From Macrostomum lignano (Eukaryota): a stretch of 64,000 bases of DNA. A program made the translations under genes and the position numbers. The notes beneath the pieces were generated by a model, which saw only the letters and a program-made list of their open reading frames with translations, was not told the DNA's origin and ran no database searches. Shown here one piece after another: positions 27,712 to 39,049 of the stretch; positions within the stretch are counted from its first letter, which is position 1, and each line of letters begins with the position of its first letter. The stretch spans positions 372,001 through 436,000 of the forward strand of contig NIVC01000282.1 in assembly GCA_002269645.1 (NCBI GenBank). Reading direction: 5' to 3'.

Positions 27712-28420
27712 TCGTCCCCCTGTCAGAAGTTTGCCTGTGCCATACAGGACTGTCTGGCGCGTAAGCCACTTTTCTTATCATCACACAGATACTAAAATAG
27801 AATAACTAGATTAGCCACTCAGGCAAATATGCTTAGTAAAAAGGCTTTCTACTTTCAGTTCAGTAGCAAAGAAGAATATATAAGCTATTTTATAAAAAAG
27901 AAAGGCAGCTGAAATGACTTTGATAAGTTTAGAAGCCCAAGCTTGCAGGCGTAAACAGCTTGCTAATTGGTTCAGCAATAATGTACATTGGCCAGTCCAC
28001 TGAAAGGCAATAAAAATTGGGTGGTGGGAGGGGGTAGTGTGGAAAGGCTCGTTTCGAGGGTTTAAGCTGGGGGTAAGAGCCAATAAATGAGCCTTGGCTT
28101 TAAAAATACATTAAAATGCTTCTGTTTAACTTACTACTGAACTGAACTCACACGCTAATGTGCTGAGTGGCCCATCTAGTTACTTAGTGCATTATATGCT
28201 GTATTTGAGCTTTTCAACAGGTCACAACTACAACCCGGAGGAGTGTCGCTCGGCTATGCAAAATCTGATTGATTGTTGCGCCAGATTTCGTCACGTACGG
28301 CAGAGCTGCTGCGAGCTGGGAGGCGGTAGCTCTTCAGCTGCTGCTAATCCTGTTTCTCAATCGGCTAAGTCTTCTACACATAGACAGGATTCTGCTGGGG
28401 TATCTTCCTATAGCCAATGA
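27712..28420 (+). CDS. CMC4: Cx9C motif-containing protein 4 (CMC4 / p8-MTCP1NB-like), start codon not in these exons
   Basis: Exons 27712-27760 (TTTTTTTCAG acceptor, GTAAGC donor) and 28221-28420 splice to SSPCQKFACAIQDCLARHNYNPEECRSAMQNLIDCCARFRHVRQSCC..., the PCQKxACxIQxCL...C...L..CC pattern of CMC4. Confidence 0.85.
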
Positions 28421-28599
28421 GAAAGATGTGTATTAATTGTCGAGATTTTAAAAATTGTTTGTCTACTAATTATAAGTCCGATGCTTATGGCTTAATAGTT
28501 GCTTAAAAATGTACTTACTTGTGTGATCGTGGTTGGGCTTCATTTAATTATTGTCAATGGTTTTTTCATTGTTTTGTCCATTCTTAATAACGTCGAAGT

Positions 28600-29100
28600 T
28601 TCAAGTTCCGATTTGACAGCTTCGAGTCCCGATTTGACAGCTGCAAGTCCCGATTTGACAGCTTCAAGTCCCGATTTGACAGCTTCGAGTCCCGATTTGA
28701 CAGCTGCAAGTCCCGATTTGACAGCTGCAAGTCCCGATTTGGCAGTTTCAAGTCCCGATTTGACAGCTTCGAGTCCCGATTTGACAGCTGCAAGTCCCGA
28801 TTTGACAGCTTCAAGTCCCGATTTGGCAGTTTCAAGTCCCGATTTGGCAGTTTCAAGTCCCGTTTTGACAGCTTCAAGTCCCGATTTGACAGCTTCGAGT
28901 CCCGATTTGACAGCTTCAAGTCCCGATTTGACAGCTTCAAGTCCCGATTTGGCAGCTTCAAGTCCCAATTTGACAGCTTCAAGTCCCGATTTGGCAGTTT
29001 CAAGTCCCGATTTGACAGCTTCAAGTCCCGATTTGGCAGTTTCAAGTCCCAATTTGACAGCTTCAAGTCCCAATTTGACAGCTTCAAGTCCCGAGCTGAC
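28600..29100. repeat. 21-bp minisatellite
   Basis: TCAAGTCCCGATTTGACAGCT units, followed by inverted partial copies near 29170-29218. Confidence 0.9.
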
Positions 29101-29409
29101 AGCAACTTTTTTTTCGCGGAAATTTAGGTGGCTTAAAAATCTTTTTTTAGGGTTCTGAAGTCTTAGCTTCGAGTCCCGATTTGACAACTCGGGACTTGAA
29201 GCTCGGGACTCGGGACTTAGCCTATTTAATAAATTTATTCTGAAAGTCAAGCATTTATTTCATACCAAAAATCGTTTTATTCGTGTAGGTTTTCTTGTAA
29301 AATTCACAAGCTGCTTATAAATACATAATAGTTTCATCAGATAAAATTTAAGTTCTTTAACACTTGTGCAGCTAAAGTTTTATAATTTATTTGCATATTT
29401 CCATTGTCT

Positions 29410-29985
29410 CAGATCCTCAGTTGCTAAACCACAGCCACCCTCCAGATCCTCAGCTGCTGGGCCAGCCTCCCAAATCCTCAGCTGCTGGGCCAGCCTCCTA
29501 AATCCTCAGCTGCTGGGCCAGCCTCCCAAATCCTCAGCTGCTGGGCCATCCTCCCAGATCCTCAGTTGCTGAGCCAGCCTCCCAGATCCTCAGTTGCTAA
29601 ACCACAGCCATCCTCCTAGATCCTCAGTTGCTGGGCCAGCCTCCCAGATCCTCAGTTGCTAAACCACAGCCATCCTCCTAGATCCTCAGTTGCTGGGCCA
29701 GCCTCCCAGATCCTCAGTTGCTGGGCCAGCCTCCCAGATCCTCAGTTGCTGAGCCAGCCTCCCAGATCCTCAGTTGCTGAGCCAGCCTCCCAGATCCTCA
29801 GTTGCTGGGCCAGCCTCCCAGATCCTCAGTTGCTGAGCCAGCCTCCCAGATCCTCAGTTGCTGGGCCAGCCTCCCAGATCCTCAGTTGCTGGGCCAGCCT
29901 CCCAGATCCTCAGTTGCTGAGCCAGCCTCCCAGATCCTCAGTTGCTGAGCCAGCCTCCCAAATCCTCAGCTGTTGGGCCAGCCTT
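29410..29985. repeat. 28-bp minisatellite (same unit as 34270-34510)
   Basis: GGGCCAGCCTCCCAGATCCTCAGTTGCT units. Confidence 0.9.
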
Positions 29986-30041
29986 CTAGGTTGCCAGTCA
30001 AGCGCTGCAATCGCACAATCCTAACAATTGTTTTTCCCCAG

Positions 30042-32088
30042 CCAAAGCAACGCGAATCAAAGCAGCAAGCCTGGCGGCTTCAGAAGCGCCAGCAGTCTGA
30101 GCTCAGTGAGCTGGCGGATGCCCAGCAACAGCAGCCGCAGGGGGAGGCAGGCTCAGTCTGCTCCGTGTGCGGCTGCGACAGGCCAGCGGGCTGCCATTAC
30201 GGCGCGGTGACCTGCCACGCCTGCAAGTCGTTTTTCAAGCGCACAGTGCAACACTCGCTGGCCTACGCCTGCATGCGGCTGGCCCGCCACTGCGCCCTCG
30301 TGTCCGAGCGGACCCGCGCCTGCGGCTACTGCCGATTCAGGAAATGCCTTCGCGTCGGGATGCGGCCCCAGCTGGTTAGGTCGTTGAGCGACTGTGTCAA
30401 CGACGATCAGGATCAGGCATCGTCTTTGGCCTCATCGACCACCACCGTCGCTGCCGCAGCCGCCGCCACTCCGTCTGTGGAAGCCGCGGTCTCTGCAGTT
30501 GAGGCCGATCTGGTCGAGATTGAGCAGTTCACCATTGATCAGTCCGGCCTGGACGGACTGCCATTGGAGGAGCGGGTCATCCGGTGCGTCACTCTGGCCT
30601 GTGACGGATTTTTAAGCTCTCTGATTGTCTGGGCCAAGCGAGTGTCTGGCTTCAATCAGCTGATCATGCAGGACCGAGTGGCCCTGATACAGCGCCGCTG
30701 GATGGTGGTGATGATACTGGGGATGGCCCGCAGTTCGCATCCGTACACGGACACGCTGCACTTTTGTAGCAATTTCCAGCTGAGCGAAGAGCAGGTAAGC
30801 TAATTGCATTCAATATTTTTATCTATCAGCTTTTCGATCATATCTTCAACCTGTCAATTTTGGTACCTTGTAATCTTATCAAATTTGTCAGCTAATCAAA
30901 TCTATCAACCTTTTCAACCTATCAACAAATCTATCAACCTTGACAACCTATCAATCAAGTCTATCAATCTTGTCAACCTATCAATCAAGTCTATCAACCT
31001 TGAAAACTGTCAATCAAGTCTATCAACCTTGTCAACCTATCAATCAAGTCTATCAATCTTGTCAACCTATCAATCAAGTCTATCAACCTTGAAAACTGTC
31101 AATCAAGTCTATCAACCTTGTCAAACTATCAATCAAATCTGTCAACCTTGTCAACCTATCAACCTTGACAATTATCAATCAAGTCTATCAAGCGTGTCAA
31201 CCTATCAATCAAATCTGTGAATTCTGCCAACCTATCAATCAAATCTATCAACCTTGTCAACCTATCAATCAAGTCTATCAACCTTGAAAACTGTCAATCA
31301 AGTCTATCAACCTTGTCAAACTATCAATCAAATCTGTCAACCTTGTCAACCTATCAACCTTGTCAACCTATCAACCTTGTCAACCTATCAACCTTGTCAA
31401 CCTATCAACCTTGTCAACCTATCAATCAAGTCCCAAGCGTGTCAACATATCAATCAAATCTGTGAATTCTGCCAACCTATCAATCAAATATATCAACCTT
31501 GTCAACCTATCAATTAAATCTATCAACCTTGTCAACCTATCAATCAAGTCTCAAGCGTGTCAACCTATCAATCAAGTCTCAAGCGTGTCAACCTATCAAT
31601 CAAGTCTCAAGCGTGTCAACCTATCAATCAAATCTGTGAATTCTGCCAACCTATCAATCAAATCTATCAACCTTGTCGACCCATCAACCCAGGCGAACAG
31701 CTTCCGCCTGCCCCGCATTGACCCCCGCGTGCGCACAATCTGCCAGCGCTACACGCAGCTCAACGTGACCCCACTGGAGACAAATCTCTTAAGCTACGTT
31801 TTGTTCCTGGAGAGCAGCTGCTACTTTGATTGGGCCAATCAGGCCGCCATTGAAGAGCTGCAGCTGGGGTACCTTCGCAGGCTCCGTCAGGCCTGTCGCG
31901 GCGGAGTGCGCCTGGGTGTCCTGCTGCAGCTGCACAACGACTTGATGGCAGCCCAGCTGCTCGCTCTCGGCTACATGGACCGGACACTTAACCTTGAGGG
32001 CCGGCCACTGCCGCCGCTGGCTAATGAAGTTCTACAGCACGTGCTGGCGCTCGGCCTTCCCGTCAGCGAGCCCCACAGATACTTCTGA
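30042..32088 (+). CDS. Nuclear hormone receptor, divergent, ERR/NR3-like; start codon not in these exons
   Basis: Exons 30042-30794 and 31693-32088 (phase 0, about 382 aa). Two C4 fingers (CSVC...CHACKSFFKRTVQ...CMRLARHC...CGYCRFRKCLRVGM). The LBD has WAKRVSGFNQLIMQDRVALI and WMVVMILGMARSSHPYTDTLHF, resembling ERR [20 protein letters not shown]. Confidence 0.9.
30830..31690. repeat. Compound minisatellite filling the nuclear-receptor intron
   Basis: CAACCTATCAATCAAGTCTATCAACCTTGT-type units. Confidence 0.9.
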
Positions 32089-32089
32089 T

Positions 32090-32230
32090 CCTATATCCTC
32101 AAATAGTCTGATCCCATATCTCCTAGATCCCATATCCCCTGATAGTCTGATCCCATATCCCCCGATAGTCTGATCCCATATCCCCCGATAGTCTGATCCC
32201 ATATCCCCCGATAGTCTGATCCCAAATCTC
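32090..32230. repeat. 23-bp minisatellite just after the receptor stop codon
   Basis: GATAGTCTGATCCCATATCCCCC units. Confidence 0.8.
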
Positions 32231-32719
32231 CAGGTAATTTCTAGCTATTCTGACTCCAAGTTCTTTTTTTAGATCCCAATTCTAATATTATTATCGAAAT
32301 TGTGGAAATGTTTAGTAACTGTTATTTGCAGGTATGTCAGAATTCTTTTTATGTACCGGTAGTTACTACTCATAATTTCTTCTAGTTTTATTTTTCTAAC
32401 AGTTACCAATGTCAAAAGAACAGTTTTTATTGGTGTCGTTGTTGTGGTAATGTAAATACCGTATTAGCATATTGGTTATTTGCTTTTAACTCCTGTTATT
32501 AATGCTGCAGGAGTTGTTATTGTTGCTGTAGTTCGAGTGTGAATCTTTCTACAGTATTTTAGTGTCGTGCGACTTCTCTGCTAATGCTATCTGTTGTTTA
32601 CCGATTGTTGTGAGCTGCCATACTTTGAGGCTGTGTGCATTGATTTGTACTTTTACTCATAATTTTGCCGCGATGCACGGGCAATTTCTGTGTGCTGCCA
32701 TCCCATCTCTATTCCTCGT

Positions 32720-32990
32720 GTTCTGCTACCCCCAACCTACCCCCAACCTCTATCCCTCTGTGTGCTGCTACCCCCAACCTCTATCCCTCTGTGTGCTGCT
32801 ACCCCCAACCTCTATCCCTCTGTGTGCTGCTACCCCCAACCTCTATCCCTCTGTGTGCTGCTACCCCCAACCTCTATCCCTCTGTGTGCTGCTACCCCCA
32901 ACCTCTATCCCTCTGTTGTGCTGCTACCCCCCAACCTTTATCCCTCTGTGTGCTGCAACCCCCAACCTCTATCCCTCTGTGTGCTGCCAC
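32720..32990. repeat. 31-bp minisatellite
   Basis: CTACCCCCAACCTCTATCCCTCTGTGTGCTG units. Confidence 0.9.
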
Positions 32991-33334
32991 CCCACTCCGA
33001 TATCTTTCGGTACCCTTTAAGCTTCTCTATTTGAATTTTAAGCTGTGAATATGCCTGTCTACTTTGCTTTTATGTTTTCTTGTAGGTTTCTTGACTTACT
33101 TTCTGACTCTGTAGACCATAATGTGAAACTATAAATGAGTAAATATCTCATATGAAAAACTGGATTCTTTTTTTTCAATCTGTATTTAATACAAACAATT
33201 TCTAAATAATAATGTGTGCAATTGAACCACTATATTTAAATGGAATTTGCTTTGAAACCTCTTTTTAGAAACAAATTTTTTTTTATAAATTAAATTCTAA
33301 GTCAGCTGTATCTAGATGGTAGTATATGGAACAT

Positions 33335-34110
33335 GTGAAGTGGCAGTGTGGGGGAACAGGTGAGATGGCAGTGTGGGGGAACCGGTGAGATGGCAGTGTG
33401 GGGGAACCGGTGAGATGGCAGTGTGGGGGAACAGGTGAGATGGCAGTGTGGGGGAACAGGTGAGATGGCAGTGTGGGGGAACCGGTGAGATGGCAGTGTG
33501 GGGGAACAGGTGAGATGGCAGTGTGGGGGAACAGGTGAGATGGCAGTGTGGGGGAACAGGTGAGATGGCAGTGTGGGGGAGCCGGTGAGATGGCAGTGTG
33601 GGGAACCGGTGAGATGGCAGTGTGGGGAACCGGTGAGATGGCAGTGTGGGGGAACAGGTGAGATGGCAGTGTGGAGGAACAGGTGAGATGGCAGTGTGGG
33701 GGAACCGGTGAGATGGCAGTGTGGGGAACCGGTGAGATGGCAGTGTGGGGGAACCGGTGAGATGGCAGTGTGGGGGAACAGGTGAGATGGCAGTGTGGGG
33801 GAGCCGGTGAGGTGGCAGTGTGGGGGAACAGGTGAGGTGGCAGTGTTGGGGAACAGGTGAGATGGCAGTGTGGGGGAACAGGTGAGATGGCAGTGTGGGG
33901 GAACAGGTGAGATGGCAGTGTGGGGGAACCGGTGAGATGGCAGTGTGGGGGAACAGGTGAGATGGCAGTGTGGAGGAACAGGTGAGATGGCAGTGTGGGG
34001 GAACAGGTGAGATGGCAGTGAGGGGGAACCGGTGAGGTGGCAGTGTTGGGTAACAGGTGAGATGGCAGTGTGGGTGAACAGGTGAGGTGGCAGTGTGGGG
34101 GAACCGGTGA
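33335..34110. repeat. 25-bp G-rich minisatellite
   Basis: GTGAGATGGCAGTGTGGGGGAACAG units. Confidence 0.92.
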
Positions 34111-34125
34111 GATTGCAGACTGCAG

Positions 34126-35254
34126 GATGACCAAACACCCCTGCAATTTAAGTTGCGGATGTCGGCCAATCAGCAACACTGGGAGGCGCTGCGGCGGGAG
34201 CGTCAGTTCCAGCGCCGGGCCTTTGCGCAGCAGCAAATTCAGGTGCGTTCGGTCTGGTCGATTTTTCTGATTGTCTCCCAGATCCTCAATTGCTGGGTCA
34301 GCCTCCCAGATCCTCAGTTGCTGGGTCAGCCTCCCAGAGTGTCAGTTGCTGGGCCAGCCTCCCAGATCCTCAGTTGCTGGGCCAGTCTCCCAGATCCTCA
34401 GTTGCTGGGTCAGCCTCCCAGATCCTCAGTTGCTGGGTCAGCCTCCCAGATCCTCAGTTGCTGGGCCATCCTCCCAGATCCTCAGTTGCTGGGCCATCCT
34501 CCCAGATCCCAGGCTGTAACATTTGATTTTGTCAACATTTGCCTGGTCAATTTATCCACATTATACAGCTAGATAGCTAGCATTGCTGAGTCAAACTTGC
34601 TATTCATATACATCTATTTGATCAGGCCGCCGGCTCGGACCCGTCAATGAAGGGCACCTTGGACAGCGAGTTGCGCGCCCAACAGCAGGCTTTAGACGCG
34701 GCGACCAGGCGACACGCCGAGCTGACGGCCGACGCTGCCGCCACCGCCAGTGGCGCCGACGCGACTACCCAGTCTTCGGCTAAGCTGCCGCGCCGCTTCA
34801 CGGTGGGTTGCTGAATTATACTACTTAATAGGTTCTGCTTGTACTACTAATTGGTCGTCTTAAATGTGTTTTCTGATCGCAAGCGTAGGGTCCTCACTAT
34901 TTGGGTCCGGACGATCGGCTCATGCGGTAAACGCAGCTGACTCTCGCGCCACGACTAAGGTTCGAGGTTCGATTCTGTGCACGGCTACATTAATTTGAGA
35001 CTCGTGCAGGAAACTTGAACAACCCCCAAGGAATAGAGTGTACACATGCCCGACGGTCAGGGCCTCTGTGTATGAGTGCGTGCCTGTGTACAGTACTGGT
35101 GCGCTTGTATGTGCTCAGGATCAGCGAAATGGGCAGAATCACCTCAGCACAGAGAAGTGGCAAACTGTGCTACTAAAAGTAGAAACATAGGCTTTTATGC
35201 AAATAGTTATTAAATTTTCATTTCCAGTCGATCAACTACGCCCAGCAGTGGTGA
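34126..35254 (+). CDS. Small hypothetical coiled-coil protein (about 95-106 aa)
   Basis: Exons 34126-34242, 34626-34802 and 35228-35254, all phase 0, give DDQTPLQFKLRMSANQQHWEALRRERQFQRRAFAQQQIQ|AAGSDPSMKGTLDSELRAQQQALDAATRRHAEL...KLPRRFT|SINYAQQW*. GC-rich islands with GT-AG sites; in-frame ATG at 34159. The 5' end is uncertain. Confidence 0.6.
34270..34510. repeat. 28-bp minisatellite (same unit as 29410-29985)
   Basis: GGGCCAGCCTCCCAGATCCTCAGTTGCT units, inside an intron. Confidence 0.9.
34905..35210 (+). mobile_element. tRNA-derived SINE-like element
   Basis: Head with an A-box-like TCGGCTCATGCGGTAA and a B-box GGTTCGATTC at tRNA-like spacing, but the anticodon and acceptor stems do not pair. 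It is followed by a unique body ending in an AT-rich tail. Confidence 0.5.
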
Positions 35255-35729
35255 CCGATGTGCGATGAATCTCTGAAGCCGTGACGGACGAGATCGAAAA
35301 TAAAAGCATGACAGACTAAATTGCTTATTTTTTGTTCATTCCTAAATTCTTTCGCTAAATTGCTCGTAAAATCAGTTTTTTTGCAACTTTTCTCATCTTT
35401 TGTTGTATTTATTCTCTCTAATTTTTATACGATATTTTCATTATCTTTTATTATCTTTTCCTAGCCGCTTTTTGGACTAGCTGCTCAAATTTATCCACTG
35501 AATTCAATGAATGCTCAACTGCGCTTCACTGTTTTTGCTACACTCTGCTTTGTTAAGCAATTTTTATGGTCAGCTTTTACTATGATTTTTTATTGATCAA
35601 GTACAAACTAATAAATATTGCTTTTATAGTGCTTTATCTTTATGTTCATAGAGTTGATTGAAAACACCAACATTTGCGACAAGGATAGCCTGAATTGTGC
35701 TTTTTCATCTTATTGACCTTGGAGGTCAC

Positions 35730-36140
35730 GCTGATCGAGGGAGGTCAAATTAATCTGAAGGAGGGTCATATAGAGATGAGGAAGGTTATATTAATCTGAG
35801 AGAGGTCACATTGATCTGGGGGAGGTCACATTGATCTGAAGCAGGTCATATTAATCTGTAGGGAGCTCATATTAATCTGAGGGAGGTCATATAGATCTGA
35901 GGGAGGTTATATTAATCTGAGAGAGGTCAGTGGTCACATTGATCTGGGGGAGTTGGTCATTGATTATTATTGATAAGGAGGTCACATTGATCCCGGGGAG
36001 GTGGAGGTCATGTGTATCTTAGGAAGGTCACGTTGATTTGAAGGCGATTACATCAATCTGAGGAAGATTGCATTAACCTGAGGGAGGTCACACTGATCGG
36101 AGGAAGGTCACACAGATATGATCGAGGGAGGTCACGCTGA
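35730..36140. repeat. Degenerate ~20-bp minisatellite
   Basis: GGGAGGTCACATTGATCTGA variants. Confidence 0.75.
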
Positions 36141-36324
36141 TTTGAGGGACGTCACTCACGCCAGTCATGGGTCGCTTAACCTATCGAAGAGTAATAAAGC
36201 TGCTGAACTTTTGGGAAAGGTAGTACAAGCGGTTTTGTACATTGTAGGCAAAATTAATTGAGTTAATGGTCATGGCGATGGCCCGTAGGTAAGTACAGTA
36301 GTTTGCTGAATTGGTACACTCGTA

Positions 36325-36641
36325 CAGTGGCGGCGCAGTATCTCTGATTAGGGGGGGGGCAGTAGTTAGGTGGTCACCCCCCTTCCCCTTAGGTGGTAAC
36401 CCCCCTTCTAAGAAAGTAAAAAATTACGAACAAATTATGACACACTTCTTACAAAATGAATGTACAACACAAAATTTCTTATATAAAAATGCATTTTTAA
36501 TCATTGATGCAAGTTGCATAACAGGGGGTGACTATCTGCCCTCCCTTCCTTGGGTCTTTTTGAGATGGTGGGGTAGTCACCCCCCTTGAGGCAGTGACCT
36601 GTGGTCACCCGGGGGCAGCTGCCCTGCGCTGGCCGCCACTG
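36325..36641. mobile_element. hAT-like MITE
   Basis: TIR CAGTGGCGGC / GCCGCCACTG with a perfect 8-bp TSD CACTCGTA (36317-36324 and 36642-36649). Confidence 0.9.
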
Positions 36642-36843
36642 CACTCGTAAGATAGATTCTAATTAAAGTTTTATTGGAATTTCTGGGTCGATTATTTCGG
36701 CACTGATCTATTACCGGGAATAATATTACTATTGGAATATCTATGATTGTGGGGCCTGTAGTAAGGCTCACTGTTTTCGGGCGTCATCGCCACTTAACCT
36801 TCATTTTCCTATTGACAATAAATAGTTTATTGGAGGTGGAGGA

Positions 36844-37779
36844 TGTGATCGAACCCTGGAAACGGGGCCAACCCTGGATGAACCGGCAGTCTCGGGTCGG
36901 GTCGCCGTCCCTTGCGGCCTTAGTTGCACTTTAAGCTGAGCGACGAGAGTGAATTGAGCGAAGGCGGGCTGTGTGGGGGAGCAAATGAAATAATCCAGGG
37001 TAGGCCGCGTCGGCTCGGACCCTGGATGTGTAATGGGCATGCCAGCGTGTGTTAGTTAGTTAGTATGGCCCTCTCCTCACTCTCTGACCCTGGGCGTTCC
37101 AGCCGCCAAATTCTCTGCCCCGCTCTGGAGTGGAGGGGAGGCGGGTTAGGAAAGTAGAGTGCGCCAGGACTCCTTCCTCTCTTTCCCCCTTCTGCCCGCG
37201 CAGTCCTCGCCAGTCTGTTATGAACTTCTGGTCCGGGACGATTTTCATTGGCTTCGGGCCTCTAATTCTTTTCCTGCCCCTCTGCCGTCAAATACGCGCG
37301 CGCGCAGTTGTTCGGTTAGGCTTGGACTTCTTTTTACCTCCCTACCTTTCTCTCCTGTCTTCTCTTTTCTCGTTTTCTTTCCGTGTCCAGGCCCCGCTGC
37401 GCCTCTAAAAATTACAATTAATCACGAACCAGCCGCCCCTCCTTTTTTCTGTCTCTGCTCTCCGTATTTTCTTTCGCCAGCCCCAGCAGGCCGTCCCACC
37501 CACCCCCTCTAGTTGAGACAGACAGAACTTATTCTTGCATTTACGAGCCGCCCGGTCGCTTTTTTGGTCTCGACTTGAAAGTAACAGACTGAGAGGCCAG
37601 TGCACGGCAGGACAGGAGAGACGAGGAGCGGACGAGAGACAGAAGAAGATAGCTCTCAACACTGGCCCGATCCGTACTCGACAAAATAAAAGCAAACCGA
37701 GCAACAAACAAAGATAGACAGACGGAATTAAGAAGCAATGTTTGTATCGAATAATTGACCGCTTAAGATTGACTAAACA
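36844..37779 (+). mobile_element. Possible LTR remnant
   Basis: Purine tract GGAGGTGGAGGA immediately before TGTG; AATAAA near 37685; ...AAACA followed shortly by TGGTG. No partner LTR was seen. Confidence 0.3.
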
Positions 37780-38067
37780 ACTCTGGTGCAGAAATTCTAG
37801 TATTAAAACAACAAGCTTCGAGAAGGCTTTTTATTAAATCAGTTCCATTATTTGCGCCAATCAATAAGTGTGTTGCTGTAAGTAAATTTTGTTTGTCTGT
37901 TAAATTGGCATTCGTTGTCGCATCGTTTTGGCATTGGGCCAGCAGTTAAAAAGGAGTGCGTCTTGATTGACCAGAACTTACTTAGCGCTAGTATTCAAAT
38001 TGAAATTGGTTCTGTTATTATGATGCATACAAACAAAACCAACTTCTCGCATTTGACACAGATTTTT

Positions 38068-38465
38068 ACGTATTAAACATTCGCCGACACTTATTCAGAC
38101 ACTTCTACAGACACTTTAGTTTCTGTCGTACGAATCGTAGGAACAAGCATTAAATTTGTTTATTCCTAACAAACTATCAGTAAAATGCTTTATTTTAAGC
38201 TTTTTTTGCTTTATTTTATTAAATATGAATTAGGAAGTGTCCTGGACAAATTTAACATTCTTCTTCACGTGAAGAGAATCTATGCAGAATAACAAATTTC
38301 ATGATTCATATTTAATAAAAAAAGCAAAAAAAGCTTAAAATAAAGCATTTTACTGATAGTTTGTTAGGAGTAAACAAATTTAATGCTTGTTCCTACGATT
38401 CGTACGACAGAAACTAAAGTGTCTGTAGAAGTGTCTGAATAAGTGTCGGCGAATGTTTAATACGT
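38068..38465. mobile_element. MITE with ~160-bp TIRs and a 9-bp TSD (MULE-like)
   Basis: Arms 38068-38230 and 38304-38465 are near-perfect reverse complements; TSD CAGATTTTT (38059-38067 and 38466-38474). Confidence 0.9.
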
Positions 38466-39049
38466 CAGATTTTTTAATCTTAAACTTTACCTGTGGCTGT
38501 GACTGTACGAATCACGCCAGAAAAAACTCGCACCCTTTTAAATGTGGCTAATTAAGGCAATTATTCAACTGCTTGGCCGTACCCCGTACGTACATGCGAC
38601 TTGTGTTAGCCCTGATTGTTTGTTATAATTGTTACTTCCATTGTTTTATTGATTATTCTTAAAGCGTTAAAAAGGCCTACTTTACTGAGCTTTATAGCTA
38701 GCAAGCTGGAACCCGAGTCATTAATTAACTCATTTCTGATTTCTGAATATTTCAAATTTCAAATTTTTTAGAACATTATATTACATTATATTTATAAAAT
38801 AACGATCCGATAGCACGGAGTCGTAAACATGGGTGTATTAAATTAAAGAAAAACTCAAACCCGACTACAGACGGAGATAAGATAAGCCTGTCAAATGAAA
38901 GATATTCGTTTTTTCCTACTGTTTCAAATCTTCGTCAGTTGCCCTCACTGACACTTCATGTACAAGCTTGACTATGTCCTTGCTATTGCTTCGAGCTATA
39001 CTGCTGATGGCAGATCGGGTTATGGTTTTAAGTTCCAGTTTAAGTCTCC

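Noticed and set aside
28499-29250. Heptad-like ORF (SGLEAVK)n on minus and (SSPDLTA)n on plus
   Set aside because: A 21-bp unit that lacks stops in several frames gives such ORFs automatically; it is open on both strands, has no splice signals or coding flanks, and ends in inverted partial copies.
33283-34236. His/Pro/Cys-rich ORFs of 278-317 aa (similar ORFs at 20265-20828, 38916-40151, 42588-43028, 52650-53213, 56378-57292, 58419-59553 and 61273-62025)
   Set aside because: All coincide with minisatellites and are open in several frames at once.
34905-34987. Functional tRNA gene
   Set aside because: A and B boxes are present, but the acceptor and anticodon stems do not pair.
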